Source: an uncultured Clostridia bacterium
GTDB taxonomy: Bacteria > Bacillota > Clostridia > Lachnospirales > CAMVHY01
NCBI GenBank assembly: GCA_947073045.1
Contig: CAMTJU010000001.1
Location: forward strand, 45,783-109,782
DNA length: 64,000 nucleotides
Direction: 5' to 3'
Both the position numbers and the translations under genes were made by a program. Shown here piece after piece: positions 46,150 to 55,654 of this stretch; the stretch's first letter is position 1; each line of letters begins with the position of its first letter. The notes below the pieces were generated by a model that was not told the origin of the DNA, made no database searches, and was given only the letters and a program-made list of their open reading frames with translations.

Positions 46150-46863
46150 TTAAAAATGCTCGCGCATCTTCATAAGTATTTTTTTTTCTAATCGTGAAAC
46201 TTGTACCTGAGATATATTTAATTTTTTAGCTATTTGCGATTGCGTTTTGTCACAAAAATAACGCTGTATAATAATTTCTTTTTCAGCGTCTTCTAATTTA
46301 TTTATTATATCATTAAGTGCAATTTTATCAATGATATTAGAATTTTCACTATCTTTGCATTTAATCTTGTCAATAAGAAAAAAACTACTTCCGTCAGTTT
46401 GATTTATTGTTTGATAAATAGATTCAATACTTTTGTTCGACTCCAGTGCCATTAATAATTCTTCATGCGAAATTTTCAATTCATTTGCTAATTCATTTAT
46501 AGTAGGAGATTTGCCATTGCATTTAATAAAATTTTCTTGAGCGCGTTTAGCTTTTACACAAATTTCTTTAAATGGGCGTGAAATTTTAATCATTCCGTCA
46601 TCACGCAAAAATCTTTTTATTTCCCCCATTATCATTGGTACGGCATAAGTCGAAAATTTCACATCATAGCTAATATCAAATTTTTCTATGCATTTCAATA
46701 AACCAATTGCCCCAATTTGATATAAATCATCTATTTCGTAACCACGATTCGAAAATCTTTTGACTATGCTCCAAATTAATCCTTCATTTTCTGTAATCAA
46801 TCTTTCTTTTGCAAACTTGTCACCTTTTTGCGCAAGCATTATCAATTTTTTTGTTTCATCCAT
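46150..46863 (-). CDS. sigF: Sporulation sigma factor SigF
   Basis: 237-aa sigma-70 family protein (regions 2-4) lying third in the spoIIAA-spoIIAB-sigF operon. Confidence 0.85.
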   Translation of the reverse strand: MDETKKLIMLAQKGDKFAKERLITENEGLIWSIVKRFSNRGYEIDDLYQIGAIGLLKCIEKFDISYDVKFSTYAVPMIMGEIKRFLRDDGMIKISRPFKEICVKAKRAQENFIKCNGKSPTINELANELKISHEELLMALESNKSIESIYQTINQTDGSSFFLIDKIKCKDSENSNIIDKIALNDIINKLEDAEKEIIIQRYFCDKTQSQIAKKLNISQVQVSRLEKKILMKMREHF

Positions 46864-46878
46864 AATAAAATCACCTAG

Positions 46879-47301
46879 TCACGAAGCAATAAGATTTTTA
46901 GTCATAGTGACAGTGGTTCCATAATCTTTTCGCGATTCAACAAATATTTTATCCATGAATGTTTCCATTACTGTAAAACCAATTCCGGAGCGTTCCATAT
47001 CAGGCTTTGAAGTATATAATGGCTCCATAGCTTTTTTTATATCGTCTATACCAATTCCATAATCTTTTATTTGTATAACAACTTCACGTTCAATAATTTT
47101 ACACATTAGATAAATTTTCCCATTTTTATCGGAATATCCATGAATAATTGCATTAGTTACGGCTTCAGAAACAGCAGTTTTTATGTCATTTATTTCTTCA
47201 ACTGTCGGATTTAGGCGCGATACAAAAGCTGCAACACTTAATCTTGCAAATGATTCATTTTCAGAATTACTATCCATTATTATTGTAATTTCGGAATTCA
47301 T
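46879..47301 (-). CDS. spoIIAB: Anti-sigma F factor (SpoIIAB serine kinase)
   Basis: 140-aa ORF with a GHKL ATPase fold: EAVTNAIIHGY, DYGIGI, RSGIGFTVM. Confidence 0.9.
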   Translation of the reverse strand: MNSEITIIMDSNSENESFARLSVAAFVSRLNPTVEEINDIKTAVSEAVTNAIIHGYSDKNGKIYLMCKIIEREVVIQIKDYGIGIDDIKKAMEPLYTSKPDMERSGIGFTVMETFMDKIFVESRKDYGTTVTMTKNLIAS

Positions 47302-47317
47302 ACGTACTCTCCTCTTC

Positions 47318-47644
47318 TTAATTTTTTAAAGCTTTCTCAACGCTGTCATAAAATCCTATTATTTTTTTTAAACCTGAGATTTCTATAATAGAATTAAGTT
47401 TTTCATTGACATTAGTAATATAAATTTTGCCGCCCAATTTTTCCAGCATCTTGTATCTTCCAATAATCATTCCAATTCCAGAGCTATCCATAAATTTCAC
47501 ATTAGAAAAATCAAAAATAATATTAGCGCAATTTAAAAGTTTAAACTCGCGCTCAATTTTTTCTTTTATTTGCATTGATACATGATGATCGATATCGCCG
47601 TCAATTTTTACAATTAAATTTTTGCCACTAGCATTTATCTGCAT
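47318..47644 (-). CDS. spoIIAA: Anti-sigma F factor antagonist (SpoIIAA, STAS domain)
   Basis: STAS motif FMDSSGIGMIIGRY containing the phosphorylatable Ser. Start at the ATG at 47644 after GGAGGA. Confidence 0.85.
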   Translation of the reverse strand: MQINASGKNLIVKIDGDIDHHVSMQIKEKIEREFKLLNCANIIFDFSNVKFMDSSGIGMIIGRYKMLEKLGGKIYITNVNEKLNSIIEISGLKKIIGFYDSVEKALKN

Positions 47645-47784
47645 ATTAATTCCTCCATGTATAATCATTGTGTTTACATAATAAAAATTTTTATTAAAGA
47701 ATTTTGTAGAAAGCTTGTATAATGTACGACAATTTTTTTATATTAGAGATATGTTAAAATAAAAATTAAGGAGTTGATCTACAA

Positions 47785-49650
47785 ATGACCAAAATAAAAA
47801 AAGCAAACAGATTTTCTGTTTACTCATGGTTAATAATTTTTATGAATTTGTTTATGAATTTACTCTTTATCTCAAAAGAAAATTTTTCGAATGAATATTA
47901 TAGTGCCGCTGTAAAAAGTATGCTCATGAATTTTAAAAACTTTTTCTTTGTATCATTTGACCCAACTTGTTTCTTAACTGTAGATAAACCTGCTTTGGGT
48001 TTATGGATTCAAGCAATCAGTGCAAAAATTTTTGGCTTTAATACTTTTGCTCTCTTGTTGCCTTCAATAATTTCAAGTGCGGCTGTATGTTTTCTTATTT
48101 ATAAAATTATGTCAGAGAGCTTTGGTGAAATTTATGGATTAATAGCTCAAATTGTTTTTTGTTTTACTCCAATTGTTATTGCCGTAAGCAGAACTAATAA
48201 TTTGGATATGACATTAATGCTTTTTATGATGCTTTCTATTTACTTTACAATAAAATCGTGCAAGCAAAAAAAATTTTCATATTTTATTTTGGCAATGATA
48301 ATGCTTGGACTTGCCTTTAATATAAAAATGTTTCAAGCTTATATGATTGCACCGACATTGTTCTTATATTTTATAATTTCAAACAAAATTTCTTGGAAAA
48401 CATTTTTTAATTGCGTAATATCAGGCATAATTTTACTTGTTGTATCTTTTAGCTGGACAATAATTGTTGAAATGACGCCAGAAGATTCAAGACCATTTAT
48501 AGGTGGCAGCGGTAGTGATAATTCTGTAATAAGTTTGATGTTCGGACATAATGGATTTGAAAGATTAACCGGAAAACGAATGAAAAATATGCATGATGAT
48601 AAAATGAAACCCCCAAATTTTTATATGCCAAATTCAACAAACCAAAATCATCAACCGCCATTTCAAAACAATAAATCAAGAGGCGGCGGATTTGATGAAA
48701 TAGGTAATGCAGGAATATTTCGACTGTTTGATCTTACTGGAGCATCAATGTATGAACAGGCTTCGTGGATGCTATTGCCTGCCTTATTTTGTATAGCAGC
48801 GTTATTTTTTTATAAGAAATTGAAATTTCTAAACCCGGAACAAATTAAAATAATAATTTTGTGGAGCGCATGCCTTTTGCCAATGATAATATTTTTCGAT
48901 ATAGCAGGATTTTTTCACAGATATTATTTAGCAATGATGGCGCCAAGCATAGCATGTTTGTTCGCCGCTCTTTGCTATATATTCCAAAATATATCGTTTA
49001 AGTTTTCAAAATCATTAATGTTTATTTTATTTTGCGCTACATTTTTTATTCAATTATATTTTGTTGTTCAAGACAAACTTATTTTTCTCGCATTAACAAT
49101 GCTGATAGAATTCATTTTGTTTATTCTAGCAAATCTAATTACGCAAAAATATGTTCCCATTATCATTTTTATTTCATTAATAACTGCGCCGGCTATATAT
49201 TCATTTTCTCCACTATTTACAAATATCAATTCATCAACACCAGCTATAGAAATAAACAAAAATGGATTTGATTCAAATATGCATCACAAAAAAAATTCTG
49301 ACAGCACCTTAACACAATTTTTATTAGAAAATAGAAGTAATGAAAAATATTTTCTTGCCGTTTCAAATTGCAATGAAGCATCAAATTTAATTTTGAACAC
49401 AGATTTAAATGTTATCTCGATAAACGGCTTTGAAGGCACAGATAATACGCTTACATTGGAAAAATTAAAATCCATGATAAGTAATAATGAAATAAAATAT
49501 TACCTTGTCGGAAATTCACGCTCAACTAGTGATATAAATAATTGGGTTGAGGAAAACGCAAAACTCGTTTATGTAGACCAGATTTCTGGAGATAGTCCGC
49601 AAAATCACGATGGACATAAATTATATGATTTAACAAACGCTATAAAATAA
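47785..49650 (+). CDS. Glycosyltransferase family 39 (ArnT/PMT-like) membrane protein
   Basis: 621-aa ORF with about 10 TM helices, an N-terminal ..YYSAAVKSML..DKPALGLWIQA.. region and a soluble C-terminal domain. Confidence 0.75.
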   Translation: MTKIKKANRFSVYSWLIIFMNLFMNLLFISKENFSNEYYSAAVKSMLMNFKNFFFVSFDPTCFLTVDKPALGLWIQAISAKIFGFNTFALLLPSIISSAAVCFLIYKIMSESFGEIYGLIAQIVFCFTPIVIAVSRTNNLDMTLMLFMMLSIYFTIKSCKQKKFSYFILAMIMLGLAFNIKMFQAYMIAPTLFLYFIISNKISWKTFFNCVISGIILLVVSFSWTIIVEMTPEDSRPFIGGSGSDNSVISLMFGHNGFERLTGKRMKNMHDDKMKPPNFYMPNSTNQNHQPPFQNNKSRGGGFDEIGNAGIFRLFDLTGASMYEQASWMLLPALFCIAALFFYKKLKFLNPEQIKIIILWSACLLPMIIFFDIAGFFHRYYLAMMAPSIACLFAALCYIFQNISFKFSKSLMFILFCATFFIQLYFVVQDKLIFLALTMLIEFILFILANLITQKYVPIIIFISLITAPAIYSFSPLFTNINSSTPAIEINKNGFDSNMHHKKNSDSTLTQFLLENRSNEKYFLAVSNCNEASNLILNTDLNVISINGFEGTDNTLTLEKLKSMISNNEIKYYLVGNSRSTSDINNWVEENAKLVYVDQISGDSPQNHDGHKLYDLTNAIK

Positions 49651-49678
49651 TCTTCGATATTTTATACTTGCTTTATTC

Positions 49679-49712
49679 AAAAAAATCTCAAGTAAACACT
49701 TGAGATTTTTTT
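49679..49712. terminator. Bidirectional terminator between the GT39 and PEGA genes
   Basis: AAAAAATCTCAAG-TAAACA-CTTGAGATTTTTTT. Confidence 0.6.
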
Positions 49713-49744
49713 ATATAAATTTAGCTTGATTATTTTAGAAAACA

Positions 49745-50968
49745 TTATTGTTCTTCGAGACTGATTTCATAATTAACACTCGGACTATTAATTTCAACTG
49801 ACAAACTCGAATAATTATATCCATCTTTTTTCGCATAAACATTGTGTTTTCCATATTCTATTGAAGTTTCTACAGGCGATAGACCAATATAAGCGTCATC
49901 AATATAAATTTGGGAATTATCAGGTATTGTGGTAATCCTAATTTTACCCATGTCTATTTTTTTTACCATATTCACATCAATTTCTTTTGTATCAGTATCC
50001 ATTAAAAATTCTTGCTCGTAAGTCTCGTATCCATCTTTTGTGATTTTTAAATTATATTGCCCATAATTTAACATTATTGGCTCTGACAACGATACTTTCT
50101 TGTTGTCTATATATATGGTTGTGCCTGTCTGATTGATTTTTAAATTCAATATCCCGCATTTAAATTGTACACCAGATAAATCAATATTTAATGTTTCATT
50201 AGCATTTACCAATATATCTTTTGAATATGTTTCGATATTATCGCCACTAATCGAAATAGAATGGGCTCCTTCCATAACTTTTTTTGTCTTTAAATCATTA
50301 GTCAATATTGATTCATTATCTAATTTTAAAATTCCACCTTTAATTTTATCTAAACCTGTGAATGATAAAGTTGCATAAGATTTTATTACATCAATAAACC
50401 AAATATTTTTATTTAGACCGCTAACAGAAATTACTCCAAGTGAATTTAATTTTTTTATATCATATTCCTCGTCCTTATATTTTGCAATAGTTTCATTGGA
50501 ATAATTATAAATGCTGCTACCAAAAAAGATAGTCTTCGATGAATTATCAATTCTAAAATTACTGATGTTTTTCATTTTCCATGAATCTTTGTTTATACCG
50601 ACAGAAACAATTTTACCGTTTTGCGAATTAACTTCAACAATACTTCCAACTTTTAATTTGCCAAAATCTAGCCTCGAATCATTTTTGTCAAGAATTTGTA
50701 CTTTCTCATCAATATTTATTTTGCTGTTAGTCTCACTATTGATATTAAAAATTTCTAACTCTCTTGCGTCAATATTTTTAATTACAGCATTAAATTTGTT
50801 TGAAGAAATGTTTTCAATTGAAACTTGAGGCGATGCAGAATTTTTTATACCTTTCGAAAAAGAATTAAACACAATGAAAAATGTTGTAATGCATAAAAAA
50901 ATCCCAAGCCCAAATGTCACAAAATAAAACATAATTGCATTGTCCCTATTTTTTTTATTCATCGTCAA
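49745..50968 (-). CDS. PEGA domain-containing membrane-anchored protein
   Basis: 407-aa ORF with an N-terminal TM anchor and two C-terminal PEGA-type repeats (..IYIDNKKVSLSEPIMLNYGQYNLKITKDGYETY.., ..IYIDDAYIGLSPVETSIEYGKHNVYAKKDGYN..). Confidence 0.7.
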   Translation of the reverse strand: MTMNKKNRDNAIMFYFVTFGLGIFLCITTFFIVFNSFSKGIKNSASPQVSIENISSNKFNAVIKNIDARELEIFNINSETNSKINIDEKVQILDKNDSRLDFGKLKVGSIVEVNSQNGKIVSVGINKDSWKMKNISNFRIDNSSKTIFFGSSIYNYSNETIAKYKDEEYDIKKLNSLGVISVSGLNKNIWFIDVIKSYATLSFTGLDKIKGGILKLDNESILTNDLKTKKVMEGAHSISISGDNIETYSKDILVNANETLNIDLSGVQFKCGILNLKINQTGTTIYIDNKKVSLSEPIMLNYGQYNLKITKDGYETYEQEFLMDTDTKEIDVNMVKKIDMGKIRITTIPDNSQIYIDDAYIGLSPVETSIEYGKHNVYAKKDGYNYSSLSVEINSPSVNYEISLEEQ

Positions 50969-51075
50969 TCTCCCAAATTTATTTTTTATATAGATATATT
51001 ATTGCAAACAGGAAAATTCGTCAAGTCACAAAAATATTATGCTATAATTAATTAAAAATTTATCGGAGAAAATCT

Positions 51076-51774
51076 ATGAGATTACAAAAATTTTTATCTT
51101 GCGCAGGAATTGCCTCACGTAGAAAATCTGAGCAGCTTATAAAAAATGGATTGGTAAAAGTAAACGGAGAAACTATAAAACAGCTCGGCACAATTATTAA
51201 TCCCGATAAAGATGTTATTACTTACTGCGAAAAAAAATTGTCGCTTAAAAAACATTTATATATCATGCTAAATAAACCTGTTGGATTTATTACAACACTC
51301 AAAGACGAATTCAACCGACCAAATGTAATTCAATTATTAAAAACAAAAGAGAGAGTATTTCCCATCGGAAGACTTGATTATAATACATCAGGTCTTTTAT
51401 TATTAACAAATGACGGCGATTTGGCATATAAATTAACACACCCAAAACACAATATATATAAAACATACATAGCAAAAATTTGTGGTGTGCCAAAAAAAGA
51501 AGAGCTGGAAAAATTCCGCACAGGCCTTTTTATAAACAATAAAAAAACAAAACCTGCTTATATAAAAATTATTAGGCAAGATAAATCGTTTTCCATTGTT
51601 AAAATAAAAATTAGTGAAGGACGCAACAGACAGATTCGTAAAATGTGTCAAATCATAAATCACAAAGTAATTGACCTAAAAAGAATTGCCATCGGCGATC
51701 TAAAATTAAATATTGAATCTGGCAAATACAGATTCTTAACTGAAAGTGAAATAAGTTATCTCAAATCAATTTAA
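51076..51774 (+). CDS. rluB: rRNA pseudouridine synthase (RsuA/RluB family)
   Basis: 232-aa ORF with an S4 domain (MRLQKFLSCAGIASRRKSEQLI) and the catalytic motif GRLDYNTSGLLLLTNDG. Confidence 0.85.
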   Translation: MRLQKFLSCAGIASRRKSEQLIKNGLVKVNGETIKQLGTIINPDKDVITYCEKKLSLKKHLYIMLNKPVGFITTLKDEFNRPNVIQLLKTKERVFPIGRLDYNTSGLLLLTNDGDLAYKLTHPKHNIYKTYIAKICGVPKKEELEKFRTGLFINNKKTKPAYIKIIRQDKSFSIVKIKISEGRNRQIRKMCQIINHKVIDLKRIAIGDLKLNIESGKYRFLTESEISYLKSI

Positions 51775-51799
51775 CAATTTTAAAAATGGATGGTGGCGT

Positions 51800-53047
51800 A
51801 TGAAAAAAATATCACTGGCCAAAAAAATTTTTGTCGCACTTATCTTGGGTTGCATATGCGGCATAATTTTTAATATTGCTCCGCAAAACTATTTCCTCGA
51901 TCACATATTTCTTGATGGAATAATAAATTTAATCGGGCAAGCATTTACTAACATAATTAAAGCAATGGTTGTACCACTCGTTTTTGTAAGCATTACTTTG
52001 GGTGTTGCGTCTATAGGTAATTTGAAAAAATTAGGCCGCGTCGGCTCAAAAATTATTGCGTTCTATTTTGGAACAACTGCCGTTGCCGTTAGCATTGCTA
52101 TTTTTTTTACAAAATTTATTAATCCCGGCTCAAGCTTTCATTTGCCAAATGCATCGCAAGTTCCTATCAGCCACGAACAAAAATTTAGCATCTCGAAAAT
52201 TATTTTAGACATTGTCCCTACAAATCCAATTGAATCACTGGCACAAGGTAACATGCTCCAAATTATTTTTTTTGCCGTTTTAATCGGAATAGGAATTACA
52301 CTTGTTGCAGATAAAGCTGTGCCTGTAAAAAAATTATTGGAGTCTATGAACGAAATTAATCTTAAACTTGTAGCAGTTATTATGGAATTTGCACCAATCG
52401 GAGTTTTTGCACTCATCACTTATACCTTTTCAAACTTTGGTTTTGAAATCATTGCCTCAATTTCTAAATTTCTGTTTGTTGTGTACTTAATACTTTTTTT
52501 CCACGCAATGTTTATTTATACGATAATGTTTAAATTCTGGACAAAGCTAGATATAAAAAAATTTTGGAAGAAATTTTGGCCTGTAGCTACCGTTGCTTTT
52601 TCAACTTCTTCCTCAAATGCCGCATTACCTGTTTCAATTGAAGCTGCAGATAAAATGGGAGTATCGCGCGATATTTCTTCATTTACTTTGTCCTTAGGCT
52701 CAACAATAAATATGAATGGCACCGCAATTATGCACGGTATAACTGTAATTTTTTTAGCGCATATCTACAACATAGATCTAAGTACAGCTGATTTAATTAA
52801 AGTCGTTTTAATGTCGACATTAGCATCTGTCGGAACAGCTGGCGTCCCTGGAGTAGGAATGCTTATGCTCGCAATGGTTCTTGAACTTGTAAATATTCCG
52901 GTTGAAGGAATTGGATTAGTTCTTGGCATAGACAGAATTTTAGATGCAGGCCGAACAGTTGTAAACGTAATGGGAGATTGCATTTGTACGGTAATAGTTG
53001 CAAAACTCGAAAATGAATTGGATGAAAAAAAATTTAATGATGTATAA
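51800..53047 (+). CDS. Dicarboxylate/amino acid:cation symporter (DAACS family)
   Basis: 415-aa polytopic protein with FSTSSSNAALP, NMNGTA and DRILDAGRTVVNVMGD motifs. Confidence 0.85.
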   Translation: MKKISLAKKIFVALILGCICGIIFNIAPQNYFLDHIFLDGIINLIGQAFTNIIKAMVVPLVFVSITLGVASIGNLKKLGRVGSKIIAFYFGTTAVAVSIAIFFTKFINPGSSFHLPNASQVPISHEQKFSISKIILDIVPTNPIESLAQGNMLQIIFFAVLIGIGITLVADKAVPVKKLLESMNEINLKLVAVIMEFAPIGVFALITYTFSNFGFEIIASISKFLFVVYLILFFHAMFIYTIMFKFWTKLDIKKFWKKFWPVATVAFSTSSSNAALPVSIEAADKMGVSRDISSFTLSLGSTINMNGTAIMHGITVIFLAHIYNIDLSTADLIKVVLMSTLASVGTAGVPGVGMLMLAMVLELVNIPVEGIGLVLGIDRILDAGRTVVNVMGDCICTVIVAKLENELDEKKFNDV

Positions 53048-53130
53048 AAAAAAAATCGCGTGCAATAATATTTATCGTAGAGAAAATCCTCTATACTAAA
53101 TTCGCACAAAAGCGAAGGGAGGTTCTAATT

Positions 53131-53208
53131 ATGAACGATAATAAAAATGATAAATATAATGAAGAAGCATCTTCTTCTGATAAAAAGAATAAAAACAGCA
53201 ACAAGTAG
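53131..53208 (+). CDS. Candidate small hydrophilic protein (25 aa)
   Basis: Not in the ORF track. Strong RBS AAGGGAGG 9 nt before the ATG. Sequence MNDNKNDKYNEEASSSDKKNKNSNK. A hairpin terminator follows 10 nt downstream. Confidence 0.35.
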   Translation: MNDNKNDKYNEEASSSDKKNKNSNK

Positions 53209-53216
53209 TTAAAAAT

Positions 53217-53267
53217 ATAAAAAGAGTGCAAGCTAAGTTTTAGGGGCAAAGCTTGCACTCTTTTTTT
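53217..53267. terminator. Bidirectional terminator (small ORF / holA)
   Basis: AAAAAGAGTGCAAGC...GCTTGCACTCTTTTTTT. Confidence 0.6.
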
Positions 53268-54243
53268 ATGCCGAATATTTCATAATTAAAGTTTCTACTG
53301 CCAATTTATCAGAAAGCTGACCTGTTTTTACTTTATAATCCACATCCAAACAATCTTTTATTGCACAAATTAATTTATCAGATGAAAAATTTTTACTCTG
53401 GCGCAGGCAATCAGATATTACAAAACTTCTCGTTCCTAATTTTTGAGCAATGGAACTAGAATCAAGACCGGAATTTGAAAAAATTTTTGATTGTAGGATA
53501 AGAACAAATTGACGCGATATCATCGCCAAAATCATTAATGGCTGCTCTTTGAGAAAAATCAAATTGTTATAGCTTTCGAGCGCCAATTTTAAATTTTTAT
53601 TGCCCATATTAGCTACCAAATCAAAAATTTTAGCATCCACAGATTTTGTACATAACAAATTTATTTGCTCGCTGTTAATTTCTTCAGAGCAATAATTAAT
53701 TAATTTACCCAATTCATTTTTCAAAAATTCCATATTCCCCATCGTTATTTTTAATATAAGCAAAGCATTTTCGGGTGAAATTATTTTTTTGTTCACCTTA
53801 CAAATTTTTATTATCCATTTGACTAATTCTTTATCGATTGGCTTTTTTATTTCCGAAGCCAATCCTACATCACAAATTTTTTTATATAATTTATTTCGTT
53901 TATCAATCTTGCTCTCGCAAAAAATAATTATAGATGATTTGGGAAAGTCATCAATATATTTTAAAATCAATTCAGTTTCATTTTTCTTGCCGCTATAAAA
54001 AAATCCACTTTCTTTTATAATCACCAAACGATATTCATTCATAAATGGCAATGACATTACACAATTGATAATAGCGTCAGCATTCTCTTCAAAAATATTA
54101 AAATTCATATCTGAAAATTCTTCAGGTATGAATTTTTTCTTGAGTTCATTGACATAATGGTTTTTCAAATAATCTTCTTCTCCGTAAAACAAATAAAAAT
54201 TTTTTGGATTACCTTGCTCTATCTCTTTTAAAATATTTATCAT
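53266..54243 (-). CDS. holA: DNA polymerase III subunit delta
   Basis: 325-aa ORF with ..FYLFYGEEDYL.. and a typical HolA length and layout. comEC lies upstream, as in other Firmicutes. Confidence 0.85.
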   Translation of the reverse strand: MINILKEIEQGNPKNFYLFYGEEDYLKNHYVNELKKKFIPEEFSDMNFNIFEENADAIINCVMSLPFMNEYRLVIIKESGFFYSGKKNETELILKYIDDFPKSSIIIFCESKIDKRNKLYKKICDVGLASEIKKPIDKELVKWIIKICKVNKKIISPENALLILKITMGNMEFLKNELGKLINYCSEEINSEQINLLCTKSVDAKIFDLVANMGNKNLKLALESYNNLIFLKEQPLMILAMISRQFVLILQSKIFSNSGLDSSSIAQKLGTRSFVISDCLRQSKNFSSDKLICAIKDCLDVDYKVKTGQLSDKLAVETLIMKYSA

Positions 54244-54318
54244 TTTTCATCCTCCAAGGTTCTGTAAAAACTTTATTATTCTCTCTGCACAAACTTAAAT
54301 TTACTCTTAATCAAATTA

Positions 54319-54711
54319 TTATTTACCTTTGTGTTTTTCTTTTCGTTTTTGCTGCTTCATTTCAAATTTATATTTTTTCTCCATTTCTTTTTGTTTGCGA
54401 CTAATTTGTCTGCGTTGCATTTTTGTTTGCTCTTGCTGCAATTTTAAAGTTTGCTGCGATTTTGTTCCAATTCCTGACGTAACAAGCTGTCTCTTAACAC
54501 TTCGTTGCATTCGCTTTGGATTCATTTTAATATCTTTTTTGTTATTTTCCACGCTTAAACTAAATTTCATTTCATAATAATTACACAAAATCCATTCGTA
54601 TACCTCATAATCTTTTGGCATTGCGCCGAAAATTATTTTACTTGCAGATAATTTTCCTTCTGAAACTCGTTCAAACACTCCAATCCAAAACGGATCATCA
54701 AAAAAACTCAA
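54319..54711 (-). CDS. YjdF-family (DUF2992-like) protein, 5' end affected by a T7 homopolymer
   Basis: ..FWIGVFERVSEGKL..MNPKRMQRSVKRQL.. plus a K/R/Q-rich tail, as in B. subtilis YjdF (from memory). The RBS-linked ATG at 54727 (MNKIELEFF) is one base out of frame across the T7 run at 54700..54706. Confidence 0.7.
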   Translation of the reverse strand: MSFFDDPFWIGVFERVSEGKLSASKIIFGAMPKDYEVYEWILCNYYEMKFSLSVENNKKDIKMNPKRMQRSVKRQLVTSGIGTKSQQTLKLQQEQTKMQRRQISRKQKEMEKKYKFEMKQQKRKEKHKGK

Positions 54712-54757
54712 GTTCTATTTTGTTCATTTTCACAATATTATCACCTTTAAATAAAAA

Positions 54758-55642
54758 CTATAATTTGATATCACAAATTTCATTTGCATCTTTAGGCAAC
54801 TCCCTTACACATTTTAAAAACTTACGGCAATTTTTGCTTTCCTGCAAATTATATTCATATCTCAATTTTTCTCCTACGTAAATAGAATTACGATCAAACA
54901 ATGCGCACATTTTTTCTACAGCAATCCAACATTTTTCTATCGTACATGTATCATAAGTTTCGAGATAAGTTTGCCATTCATTTTTGTTGAGCCATTTATA
55001 CATATACTTACCCGATTTGCCAACACTCACAGAAAAATTTGTTTTAATCCCAATTTTCCAGGATAACATTTTTTCTAATTGCTTGCGCACGTTGAAATTA
55101 ATCATATCTTGTACGTATGGAATTTCTTTTCGCCAGAGCCCCTTTGCAACATTGCCAAGACACCACCAAAATTCATTACACACGCATAAATATTCTGGCC
55201 GTGATGGTTTTTTTACCCAATAATCAAAATCTGTAGGCTCAGGCAATTTTGGTAAAATATTATCTTTATCCAATAAAATTTTGCACAATTTATCGCGCAA
55301 AATATTTTTCTTTGCATAATCTACGCTCGATAAATGCAAGTCTATACGATTGCCATCGGAAAATTGCATCAAAATTCCATAAAAATTTTCTATATCAGTT
55401 TGCTCATCTGCAAATTCATCCGGCAACTGCATAAAAATTATATCACCAAATTTATTAATCCAGTTTTTATTTTCAATAAAAGGCTTTATACAATCGACAA
55501 CGTACACAATATCGTAATCTTGAAAAATATCCCTAGGAGCATTTTTATTTGTGCGCGACCCGTTAATATAAACCGCTCGAATATTTTTGTTTTCATTAGC
55601 CAAATTTAAAATGATATCATACATAACTTTTTCACTGCGCAT
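54758..55642 (-). CDS. Aminoglycoside 6-adenylyltransferase ANT(6)/AadK-like
   Basis: MRSEKVMYDIILNLANENKNIRAVYINGSRTN..FQDYDIVYVV.. is closely similar in pattern to the ANT(6)-Ia/AadK N-terminus (MRSEKEM...). Start at the ATG at 55642 after GGAGAG. Confidence 0.85.
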   Translation of the reverse strand: MRSEKVMYDIILNLANENKNIRAVYINGSRTNKNAPRDIFQDYDIVYVVDCIKPFIENKNWINKFGDIIFMQLPDEFADEQTDIENFYGILMQFSDGNRIDLHLSSVDYAKKNILRDKLCKILLDKDNILPKLPEPTDFDYWVKKPSRPEYLCVCNEFWWCLGNVAKGLWRKEIPYVQDMINFNVRKQLEKMLSWKIGIKTNFSVSVGKSGKYMYKWLNKNEWQTYLETYDTCTIEKCWIAVEKMCALFDRNSIYVGEKLRYEYNLQESKNCRKFLKCVRELPKDANEICDIKL

Positions 55643-55654
55643 GAGCAAACTCTC

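Noticed and set aside
47645-47784. Looked for Spo0A boxes and a sigma-H promoter upstream of spoIIAA. TTGTCGTACA at ~47740 on the minus strand resembles a 0A box (TGTCGAA) with one mismatch.
   Set aside because: It is a single degenerate match with no convincing sigma-H -35/-10 pair by eye. That is too weak to report as a feature.
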